Of a DNA stretch of 64,000 bases, positions 52,956 through 64,000 are shown piece by piece. Below the pieces are notes generated by a model that saw only the letters and a list, made by a program, of their open reading frames with translations, made no database searches and was not told the DNA's origin. The position numbers were made by a program, and so were the translations under genes. Position 1 is the stretch's first letter; each line of letters starts with the position of its first letter. The DNA comes from Octopus sinensis (lineage: Eukaryota), in assembly GCF_006345805.1 (NCBI RefSeq), contig NC_043003.1:54498001-54562000 (forward strand), read 5' to 3'.

Positions 52956-55930
52956 TCAGAATTTGGGCACTATGGCCCACTCAAGTAGAGAGTTATTGTT
53001 TACAGAGACATATCCGGTGTAGGGGGTTTATCCAGGATTTCTTGAAGGAATCTGTCCAAAGACTTCTTGAACCCTATAGGGTCAGTTTCTGTTTTAATGT
53101 GTTTTGGTGTAATGTTAAAGAGAGCGGGGCCAATTGAGGTGAAATAATTGTGCCGTATTGTTGTTATGAGATGAGAGTGCGATTTTTGTTTGGGCGGATG
53201 GCACGGGGCCCAAGCCTTGGATGTACCTTAAAGGTGATGCCAACATCATTTGGGCAATGCTGATGGAATATTTTCCACATCATGCAGATGATGTGCGCTC
53301 ACGACGACGTTGGAGAGAATAGAGTTTTAGCTTTTCTAGCCGACCCCAATAGTCGAGGCCTGTCATGCCATCTATCTTTTTGTGATTGCCCTTTGAGGTG
53401 CTTCAACTTTTATGATACCTTGTATTGTGTGGGGAGACCACAGTGGACAACAGTATTCAAGGTGGGGTCGGGCAAAAGGGAGAAGAGAAGGATAATGGTG
53501 TGGATATCTCTCGACTGGAAAGTTCTGAGAATCCAGGAACACATTCTGCGGGCCATGTCAACTTTGGTGTTATATGAGTGGCCCAGCTTACGTTGTTGTC
53601 CACAATTACTCCCAAGTCTCTGATGTTGTTGGACGCCGCGAGAGTTTCACCTGAAGGAAGGGAGTATGGGAGTTTCAGGGCATCCTCTTTTCCAAAGTGG
53701 ATTAGCTCAAATTATCCTCGTTCAGCAGCATATTGTTTTTTTCTGCCCATTGGATAACAGCCAGTAGATCTGACTGAAGGCATGTCCGGTCACTCGCCTC
53801 ATTATGACCTTCTGTAGCTTGGAGTCATCTGCAAAGATTTTTATGTTGCTGTGCTTGATGATGTCATTAATGTCATTAATGTCATTAATGTAAATGATGA
53901 AAAGAAGTGGGCCCAGCACAGTGCCTTGCGGAACGCCACTACTGACTTTGGCTGGGCTTGATTTTACCCCTTCAACTACAACATGTTGAGATCTGTCTGT
54001 CAGGAAACACTTAATCCATTTCAGTAACTTTCCAGAGACACCAATGTTGGATAGTTTTTTCAATAGGATCTTGTGATCGATCCTGTCGAAGACCTTACTG
54101 AAATCAAGGTAGATGACATCGGTGTTGGAGCCCTCTCCCAAAGCTCTCAAAATGTCCTCAAAGTGATGCAGGAGCTGCGTTAGGCAGTCCCTTCCATTAC
54201 GGAACCCATGTTGGTTGGAGATCAGCCGTCTGTTGCTTTCCAGAAATTGGGTTATTCGAGATCTCACCACCCTCTCAAATACCTTGATGATATGAGAGGT
54301 GAGTGAGATCGGACGGTAATTCACTGCAAGGGACTTGTTTCCCTTTTTGAAAACTGGGACAACAGACTGGGACAGAAGGTTTTTTGGAATATAGCCAGCA
54401 TCCAGTGAGTTTCTCCACAGATTAGCAAGGGGCGATGCAAGTTGGTGTCGACACACCTTCAGGACACAAGCAGGGAACCTATCGGGGCCTACTGCTGAAT
54501 TGTGTTTTATTTCGTTTATCGCCGCTAAGACATCAGGGGCACTAAACGTTATGTCCGATATAGTGTGTTGGGGGTTGACATCACTGATACAGCTCAGATC
54601 GGCCATATCAGGATTGCTGAAAACAGAGCAGTATTGTTTCTGCAGTATCTCGGCCATGGATTTGGCATTATCTTGGAGAGTGCCAGTTTCGTCAATTAGA
54701 GGGCCTACAGTGGAGACGGTGACCCTGCGTTTCCTCGCAAATGAAAAGAACACTTTGGGGTTGAGTTTGATGTTTTCAATGGCCCACTTCTCCTCAGCTG
54801 ATCTTAGGTTATTGATGAGGGTCTTCATGCATTGTTGGAGGTTATATTTTTTGGATTCAAGCAGTGCGATAGCCGTCGAATGTGTGTGTTGCTGTTGGCA
54901 GTACTTTAGTTTGTTAATTTTTTTTTTTTGTTGTTCTTTTTATTTTTCTGATAATGGTTTTCTGTTTTGGGGGATTCTGCACTTTTTGTTCACAGGTCTT
55001 GGTGGGGAGTGTTTTGCACATATGTCTGTGACGGTGTCTACAAAGATCTGCCAAGATATTTTATGGTTGGTGGAGATGTGTGTATGTGTAAAGGACCAGT
55101 CAACATTTGATAGCTCGTTCCTGATTGCATCCCAGTTGGCTTTATGGAGATCCATGTTGTCAAATGGGTGGGCTGGAGGAAGGTCACTAGGATTAGCTTT
55201 CGGCTGGTGGAATTTCATGTTACAGAGAACCATGTCATGGTCTGAAAGAAGGGTTTTTTCCACTGTAACGTTATGTATAGTGTTAGTGTGGTTACTAAAC
55301 ACTAGGTCCAAAATGTTCTGATGTCTTGTTGGTGCAAGGACAAGTTGGGACAAGAAAAACTCATTCGTAAAGTCGAAAAGTGACTCTGCTGCTTCTTTGT
55401 CAGCGGTTGAGGCGGGAGTGCTTGGTTTCAAACAGTTTGTAGTCCAGTCAACACAGGGTAGATTGAAGTCTCCCATCATGAGTATGTTGCTAGAATGGCA
55501 CTGTTGAATAAAGCACTTAATGCTGTTGAGGCATTCTTTAAAGCACAGTATGGGTGTTTGGGGCGGCCTATAGAGCCCAATTACTGTCAGGTCATTGGCT
55601 TTGTTGTGCACGGTGACTGATTCACAGTAGCCATTGGAGAATATACTATTTCCATCTGCCGTAAATGAATCATGCAGGAAAATGGCAGTTCCACCCTTCC
55701 TCCTGCCGATACGATCCGCGCGGATGGTTGTGAAATTCTTCACTCTCACTTCGGCTTCCAAGTGGGAGTTGTCAAGGTGGGTCTCAGTGAGAATGAAGAA
55801 AGGGATGTGGGTGAATGGTTACCAACCCAGTCTCCAATGAATTGGACCTTCCATTTTTGTGCATTGATGGAAGGGCTGACACCTTGTGCATTGAGTAGGA
55901 ATGTGGAGGTTAGTGTAGTGGCTGGTTTTG
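52956..55930 (-). pseudogene. CR1-type ORF2 (APE + RT), a few frameshifts
   Basis: LTETHL, RADR, GLYRPP, MGDFNLP, ILDLVF, LSDH; GPDRFP, NYRPISLTS, QHGFR, YLDFSKVFD, GVPQGTVLGPLLF, FADDSKL, KLYSLQRRRER, PDKPPTPGY. Confidence 0.93.
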
Positions 55931-55961
55931 ACTGTTGCAGGGGGCTTGGATTTTTTGTGTG

Positions 55962-57187
55962 TTAGTGGCAGCAATGTGGGGAATTGGTGCACTGGGGTAA
56001 TAGCATAGGATGGTGTTGAGTGATGGCTAGAATGTTTTTGTGTATCTCTTTTGCCATGTTCAACATGGCTAAAAAAGAATTTTTCTGCTTAGGGAGCAGT
56101 TTTTGGCTGGAGGTGTGGTTGCACTGTTGGATAGGGTTGTAGTTTCCACTTTGGTGTTGGTTTTTGTGTCTTCCTGAAAAGACTGGACCAGCATTACTGC
56201 AGCATGGTGGTGTTCTATTTTTATTGTTATTCAGGTTGTGTGTTGGCTTGAGGCCCCGTTTCTGTTTGTGCGTCGGGTCCCTGGAAGATGAGTGAAGGGA
56301 CAGTCACTCAGTAGACATGTTCTCTCACGTTGGGAATAGCGGCAGATTTTGGGACTCCGAGTTGTGTGGTGTTTTGAATTTCGATTTACTATTGGTGGTG
56401 TTGATGTTATTGTGGGATGCGTGTGCTTTGGCCTTGGCCGGTAGTGCGTCTAGTGCCGGGTAGATGCGTGAAGATGCAGTCACTATCTGGCGCAGTGAAT
56501 AGCGGCATATTTGGGGATTTCTTGTTTGTGCCGTGGGGGGCGCATTCTGCTTCCTATGTTTCTTTAAGTTTTTGTTACTGCAGTAGTATTGAGGTGGTGA
56601 TGTGGGGGAAGAGGGCAGTGGTTTCTTATTTGGTTTTCTGTTGGTATTTTTGGTGATAGAAGACGATGGTAGCAGCGGTGGTGATGATGATGATGATGAT
56701 GATGATGATAATTGTGGTGGTTGCTGTGAGAGCGGTGAAAAGATACTGGCATTTAGTGAATCGTCTAGTAAGCTAGAGTTGAGGAGTGGCTGTTGTTGTT
56801 CTTGTTGCTGTGGCTGTTGTTGTTGTTGTTGTGCCTGACCGATGTCAGGGTCAGCCATTGTGCTGGGAACCAGGAGTGGCTCATTCTGTTGTTGTTGTTG
56901 TTGTGGCTGCTGATTTTCTAGCTGTTGTTGTTCTTGAACTGTGAAAATATGTAGAAGCTTTTCATAATGGCTTCTTATCAGTTTGAAAGATACTTCGATA
57001 TGTTTCAACTTGCTACGAATCTGTTTGACGGATCGTGTGTTGACCACTTGTGATGTTTTTTCGGCAATCTCATTCAAACACAAGACATTTAGATTTTCTG
57101 TTTGGGAAAGAGAGAGCCATGTGTTTATAAAAAATCAATTTCGTTATCAGACCAATTTCGTCTGTTGCAGGCCTGCAAGTTAGTCAT
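55962..57187 (-). pseudogene. CR1 ORF1: Myb/SANT-like N-terminus, polyQ/S linker, two CCCH-like fingers; frameshifted
   Basis: With one T restored near 57130: RRNWSDNEIDFFINTW...EIAEK...RSVKQIRSKLKHIE; KICRYSQRERTCLLSDCPFTH at 56344-56288; partly deleted twin at 56507-56464. Confidence 0.7.
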
Positions 57188-57559
57188 GTTTGTTTTCTTT
57201 TGTTTGTTTTCCTTTTGATTTTTGAAAATATATATATTCTTTCTTGGGAGTTAAAGAAGTGTATAATATAAAATGTTCTCTCTTAAGGTGTGTTGAGTTT
57301 TTGATTATTTGGTTGTTTGAGGATATTAAAAGAAAAAACAGTTGTATATAACAATTTGTAGTTAAATGAAAAAAAACGTACTTACGGGTTTGTAGGCAAA
57401 CACGTGGTTACAAATATATATATTTAAGGTCAGTTAGTTTGAAGCTGTGTAGCTTGCTACTGACTTGGGAGAGAAACAAATAGACGTCCGTCCACTTCAA
57501 CAGTTAATCCACACATCCAAAAAACAAGCACAAAATAAATATTTTATTCATTATTCTTT

Positions 57560-57992
57560 ATTAAGAAATTCCTATAACTGATGAAAGGAAAAAGCCTGTG
57601 TTTTAGCAGACCAAACAGTGTTAATTGTTGTTATGACTTGATAAATTTTGACATTGAGACAGTAACATGTCTGAATAGCCACATGTTTATGCATGTGGCT
57701 TTTTTGAGAGAATCATTTGCCACACATGTCACACTGACATGGCTACTCTCATGTAGGGATTCGTTCATGGAGAATTAAGTCTATGAGTGAATGCTTTAAC
57801 ACATACACGACCATTACATAGGTTGTGACTGGTATGAACATTTTCGTGTGTAGTTACAACTAATGCAAGGTTATGGCTTCACTCCTGCGTGTGTCTATTC
57901 AACTGATGCCTTTGAGAAAATGACTCACCACAGATCTCACAATGATAAGGATTCCCACCAATATGAAGGCGATTGTGAGGAACCAAATGAGT
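57560..57992 (-). pseudogene. C2H2 zinc-finger array remnant
   Basis: [29 protein letters not shown], then HERIPT*E*PCQCDMCGK*FSQKSHMHKH; stops in linkers and fingers. Confidence 0.85.
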
Positions 57993-57997
57993 ATATA

Positions 57998-58028
<31 letters not shown>

Positions 58029-58259
58029 TATGTATATCTATATATATATATATATGTATATCTATATTATATGTATATATATATATATATATTATAATAT
58101 ATGTGTATATCTATATATATTATATATATATGTATATCTATATATATATATATATGTATATCTATACATATATATATACACCACACACACATGTATACAT
58201 GTATGTTAAGTACATGTATGTATGTATATATGTATGTAAGTGCATGTATGTTCCCTTCT

Positions 58260-61200
58260 GTTTTTAATTATTTGAAATCTTACTCGCAGGGATTTGCTTT
58301 TTTTTCTAGCAAAGATTCCTAGCTCTCTGTTTGGTATATAGATAACAAAGCAAATTCATTTGAGAGAAGTCTTGCATAATCTTTCTGGTCATCTTACAGA
58401 GTCAATTGTAATGTACCTATGACCTGGTTGTTTTCTTTTACTGAAAACCCTAGTTTATCCACATTGTGACTTAGGCACTTACTCACGATGTACACTGATT
58501 ATTATTGCTCTAAATGTGAATCTATATTTTGGATATAGTAGCTAGAAGTTTCGAAGCAGTTTTTCGTAGTTATCCTCTTTCTCCTTGATTTCCGAGAGAT
58601 TCTGATAATCAGGGCAGCTGACCTCTATGACACTACACACATCTTCTTGTCTTTCCGAAACAACAAATCTCTGTTGGTCATGCTTACACGTGGCAGGGAA
58701 CGTTCCACTAATATTCTTTGAGGTGACATTTGTGTACGTATTCATTATTAAGTACATACTCTATATTTATTACAAGGTAGTCTTTTTTGAAATTATACTT
58801 ATATTGTTTTAGCGATGATATCGCGTTGCATCGTGAGATACTTCCTTGATAACGTGTTGGGGCAGCTTCATTTCCTACGCGTGATGTCTTCGACAGAAGT
58901 ATGATATTGTCTACATTATCGCTTGCCTGTTGGAGCTCTAAAGGCTTCTGTTTCTCTATTTTCCCGTAGGTATTTGAGAGCAAACTCTTGCTCGTGGATT
59001 GCAAATGCATAGACTTCAAATTGTGATGTGATGTAGCGAGCACGATTTCATGTTAATGTTACTGTTTCATGTTAATGTTACGCGCTGGGAGAAGCGTTAC
59101 CACGCCAGGAAAAAATGCTTAGCGGAATTTTGTCCGTCTTTATGTTCTGATTACAAATTCCCGTGTGGCCGATTTTACCATTCATCCTTTAGACTTACCC
59201 ACTCCTCAGTAATTCCTGGGCTTGTGCCAACATTTGAGACTGATATTATTCTGTTCTTCACATTTTCGAGAAACCTACATATTCATGGTCCTTTTGATTG
59301 TATGCTGAGAATTTCACAATCAATTCTTCTTTGAGGTATGGTAGTCCGGCTGTTTAGGAGTTGTATGGGAAGTTATCAGGAAGAGAGTACTTCCTGGGGA
59401 ATTCTCTACCAACAGGGCTAAGTACATATTTTCCTGCTGTTGTTTAGCTGGTGCTGTCTCAGAGTGACTATACTAAATTAAAAGGCTGTCTGCACTGATC
59501 TCAAGCCTATACCTCTTTCATCACTCTTGAGGTAGAGACTCGTTATTACCGTTATTACTGTTCCTACAGAATTTTCCTGTCGGTGTCAGGATCTTGCAAA
59601 TTTTGATATCTATGTAATAGATTTCGTTTGCAGGCCAGTCAACTACCTAAATGTTAGCATCAGCGCTAGTACTGTAAATGCATTGTCCTGTAAGAGGAAA
59701 GTTCCGACTGGTGTAATATTTTCGAGTCCCTGCGTCTTTATTCACAGCACTTTCAAATGATACGTTTTATCATTGCCTATGTATTTGTGGCATTCTTTCT
59801 GGGGGACAGGAGAGATAGTGTGGCCATTGATGCACAGGTTTGGGTCTAGTCGACTGATTTTCCACGTTCAACAATCAAAGACAAACATTTTTTTAGTAAA
59901 ATTCCATCCCTATGTCAGATGAGAATGTTAACATTGGCTGGTTTTTTTGGAGTGCAAACATTTTAACCATAACTGTTCAAGTTATCCTCAAAGAAATACT
60001 GGGCTGCATTTTATATCTCTAGTACTTGCAGACCCCTAGCATGAAGCTATGTGATTTGTGTAGCAGGGATGACAATGGATTTACTTACAACATAAACAGA
60101 ATTAGAGAAAAGCAATCTCGTTTGAATATTTATAGCATTGGAAACAGTACAACGTTTTTGAACACAAAATGACCACGAAGAAATTGCTTGGGGCAGCTTG
60201 TGTACGTAATGTTTAGACAAGCAATGGCCACCAACACAGTGGTTTCCTTCTTGGCTAGAAGATTTGCCAACTTAGTATAAAAATATATCAATTTGACCTG
60301 TAGACCCTTTGCTTATGAATATGAAAAATGTTCAGTTAAATGTCAGTGTCTTATACCAATATTCAACAATTAGGTCCCTTCCATGTGCCTTCCCTTTAAG
60401 TAGTTTTTCTATAGCTATAGTGAAAGTCTCCGTATCAGTTGTTTATGTTTTACTGTTGATGTTGTATTGTTTTTTTCCTAAATGTCTTTAGCTGTAATGC
60501 TTTCAAATTGAAATCTATTTTTATTCCAGATTTTAGACCAGAAAGATTCAGGGTTTTCACGAAAGGAGTGTTTCCGAGCTATAAGGGTTTCTTTCCTCAT
60601 GATTTCGTAAGGTATAACGCCTGTGGATTCGAAGCAAACTCGTGATTTACATAGGTCAGTTCAAACATTCGTAGTTCTTCGCTCACCCGTCTTCTGTTTG
60701 TGTTTTCGAGTAATTAGATTTCGCTCAAGAGCTTCGTGTAAAGAGTCATCATAGAGTTTTGTTAATTATTCATAAAATGTAATTGGTGAGGTGTAAATTC
60801 ATTAAACCCTTTATATCTTATTATCGTGGTTAATCATCCAATATGCCAACATAGATTGTTGATGTTCTCTTCAAGATTTGCTTTCCATGCAATTGCTTCC
60901 GTTTAGTAATTTCCTTACCATATGCACAGCAGAATTCTCCTTGGTGTTCAAGGTGAGAGATAACAGCTGTGTATATTAGAGTATTAATATTCCAGTAATG
61001 AACATCGCATGCTTCCATGTGCTCTCCACAGACATCATCAATAACTTTCCATATAAAAGCAATTGGATATTTCGCTCAAACTTGTTGAGAATGGCCTGTC
61101 GCTCAACGGTCGTTTCGGAAAACTAGAAAAAGTTTTTTTTTTAAAATACTAAATGTGGTTTCAAGATGTCGTTGAGTTGGATATATTCAATATTCGACAC

Positions 61201-61418
61201 TCCTGACTCAGGTACATTTTGAAGACATGAAAATCCAGTGATGACTAATGATAGTGGTTTGTTTATACCAATTTTTTTTTATCTCTGGCAGATTTTGGCC
61301 AGTTCTGAGAAGATTGATCATCATCACAAAAGTAAGGTAATTTTTCAAAGAAAGATGCTTGTTACCGAAACCATTTCACCGTTAAGGTGTTTAAGTTGGG
61401 GTGAGGCCATCACAGTAT
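58260..61418 (-). mobile_element. Old R4/Dong-clade non-LTR retrotransposon (RT + RLE), heavily decayed
   Basis: FWSKIWN, VNPLS, YFFEDNL (degenerate DD motif), SDIGMEF, HKYIG, IDIKICKILT, RGIGLRSV, VIEVSCPD..KEKEDNYEKLLRNF. Confidence 0.85.
59080..59250 (+). mobile_element. SINE family B nested in the R4-clade element
   Basis: aaatgcttagcggaattttgtccgtctttatgttctga motif. Confidence 0.65.
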
Positions 61419-61591
61419 TATGTATGTATGTATGCATGACATTATTCAGTTTTATTTCAAGATTTCTGGCAAATAGAGAAAGTACCGTATTGTAACCTAG
61501 ATCTACGACTCCTTCATTGGAATTTCAACATCAACAACAAAGTATTTTTGTACGTGTGCATGTATGTATATATGTGTGCATGTATTTATGT

Positions 61592-61823
61592 ATGTATATT
61601 TACGAGCAGATTTTATATTTTGTTTTACGTATGTCTTCTCATGCACATACTTGAATATCTAGACATGCCCATATATACTTAAATTATAAACATCTGGAAA
61701 GTTTTACAGATTTTTACAGTTCCTGTGATGGTTTGGATCTGTAGTCTTCCGATCAGCTTTATCCTTTCTGGTTTTGAGAATCTAAATTTCTCAAGGCAAT
61801 GTGTTACATATCCCAGTGCCCCA
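61592..61823 (-). mobile_element. R4-clade 3'-terminal fragment between (TACA)n tracts
   Basis: [43 protein letters not shown] plus short 3' UTR; similar to the end of the 58-kb element. Confidence 0.8.
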
Positions 61824-61965
61824 GTGTATGTATGTATGTATGTATGTATGTATGTATGTATGTATGTATGTATGTATGTATGTATGTATGTATGTACGGA
61901 TAGATGGATGAATGTATCTATGTAAGTATGTATGCATGCATCTATGTATGTATGCCTGTATGTAT

Positions 61966-62004
<39 letters not shown>

Positions 62005-62398
62005 TTGTTTCCCACATGGAAATAACTAAATTTTTGTAAATAAAAGAAGCAAAAAGAAAACAATCTAGTCGTGAAAGAATTGAATAATACGGGGCGAAAT
62101 TCCAAATTAATTCCGTGCGATAGTTGAATAAAACATAAATTTAATGAATTTAAGTAGTAAATGAATGTTTTTTCTCAGTATTTTATATATGTTAGTTTAA
62201 TAATATTTTTTGGGGGGCCATTTTTATCTGTTTTCCTCAAATTTTTTTTTCATTCTGCGTTTTTTATTTGGCTGATTGAAATCCTAATTTGAGATTTAAA
62301 ATTGTGTTTTCAAACATTAGACGTTTGTTTAGTCGCTGGCTTCAAGGAATGTGTTTGATTTTTGTAATGAGTGATTCGGGGCAGGTGGGGCGAGAGTG

Positions 62399-62437
<39 letters not shown>

Positions 62438-62663
62438 GAGTGATATAGAGAAAGGGTGGTAGGGTAGAGAATGAAATTTTTAGGGAATGCTAGAATGGGA
62501 AATACTTGTGTGTGAGATGGGGCAAGATATGAAAGAGACATAGTAAAAAGCATAAGATGGAAATATGGGGAGAGCAATGATTTTGTAGTCTTAAATGTTT
62601 TAGAAACAGTGATGTGAGCGGAGAGAGAATTAGTGAGAGGAAGAGAGAGAGAGAGGGAGAGAG

Positions 62664-62708
<45 letters not shown>

Positions 62709-63609
62709 ATCTGTGTAAAAACATCTAATAGTAATATGGGGAATAAATTCGAAGATTTGAAGAATGAGAAGTAGGGTCAAAGGAGAGATGCACGGAGAAA
62801 GAGACGTGGGGGATAAAGAAAGGAAGGGTCAAGGTGAGGAAAAAAAAACTGAGTATTTGAAAGAAAGAGATTTTAAATAAGGAAAATAAATAAGGAGAGT
62901 ACTGGAAGAAGAATCGTTGAGCGATGACCAAACGCTTTCGTACTCCTAATGATTCAAATCGTCTCAGATATACATAAAAGTGTTTCTCCCTAAATTCCTG
63001 TGACAGAAACATATATATTACTCCTGGAAGATGTTTCAACATCCTAACAAGTAATATGCCTCCAGCTGCGCAATGGCAAATTTTTATTCTTACTTTCCAC
63101 CAAAAAGATGTATAATCATTTCGTTTTGTCCCTCTTGTGTCTTCTCTTGGCAGACTAATACATCAAGCACTGACGATCTCGAGATATGAACAACTATTCT
63201 ATATCATCCGGCTAATACGTTATCTGTTTATAATTTAATCACAGCACAGGATATAAATACTCAGCGAAACATCTAGATGTCCCAGGCGACATCATGAAGC
63301 AAATATTCCATATTTTATTGTTATGGCACATCTGAAGTAGATTATTTCAGTTCGTTTAATAGACTACGAAGAATAGTCTACTTGTTAAACTATAGTGCAT
63401 TCCAAGTGATTCAGCTAAGTTGAACTGAAATTTTACGGCCTAGTCTCACGGCCATTTCTCTACCACTCCCCAAGCTAAAACACAGGCACACATACGCACA
63501 TACGTACACACATAAATATGTAGATAGGTGGATGGAGAGATAGATAGCCAGACAAAGATTTAAAGACGGTTTGATATGTGAGTTAGTATAATTATGTATA
63601 TGCATATGT

Positions 63610-63610
63610 A

Positions 63611-63677
<67 letters not shown>

Positions 63678-63825
63678 GATATATCTATCTATCTATCTAT
63701 ATATCTATCTATCTATCTATCATCTATCTATCTATTTATTTATTTATTTATCAATCTATCTATCTGTCCGTCTATCTATCTATCTTATCTATCTATCTAT
63801 CTATCTACTATCTATCTATCTATCT
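63610..63825. repeat. (TCTA)n microsatellite running into a gap
   Basis: Direct reading. Confidence 0.95.
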
Positions 63826-63925
63826 NNNNNNNNNNNNNNNNNNNNNNNNNNNNNNNNNNNNNNNNNNNNNNNNNNNNNNNNNNNNNNNNNNNNNNNNNNN
63901 NNNNNNNNNNNNNNNNNNNNNNNNN
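63826..63925. other. Assembly gap (100 N)
   Basis: Run of N. Confidence 1.
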
Positions 63926-64000
63926 AAGATTGGGTACACGAAACATATTGTCAGAATTCAAGTTAAACGTGAAAATAAGAATTGACTAATTAAGCGTCCG

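Larger units (their letters stand above)
52865..57510 (-). mobile_element. CR1-type non-LTR retrotransposon, apparently full length
   Basis: ORF1, APE-RT ORF2, short 3' UTR ending in TATCAAAG-like tandem repeats at 52865-52890. Confidence 0.9.

Noticed and set aside
54500-55321. 273-aa plus-strand ORF
   Set aside because: Antisense shadow of CR1 ORF2; no independent motif.

Overview
AT-rich, microsatellite-saturated eukaryotic DNA. The SINE families and a PYHCEICG-type C2H2 remnant look like a cephalopod (octopus) genome; this is pattern recognition, not a database result. I found no intact host gene, tRNA gene or CRISPR array, and most ORF-track entries are translations of (TA)n/(CA)n/(TACA)n repeats. 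The window is a stack of mobile elements: near full-length Tx1-clade (44.2-50.2 kb, +) and CR1-type (52.9-57.5 kb, -) LINEs, three R4/Dong-clade pieces, Penelope-like (PLE) RT and GIY-YIG remnants, a mariner, a maT-like remnant, Helitron/Helentron derivatives, MITEs and four tRNA-derived SINE families. Main points of interest: (1) several sequence-unrelated type I hammerhead ribozymes, including a head-to-head pair of long hammerheads (51.8-52.2 kb) and a candidate tRNA-headed, hammerhead-carrying SINE-like element with an inverted 5' copy (50.5-51.5 kb); (2) LINEs embedded in different microsatellite classes ((TCTA)n, (TAA)n, (TACA)n); (3) a CR1 ORF1 with a Myb/SANT-like domain plus tandem CCCH fingers. 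Boundaries were read by eye and are approximate unless stated.
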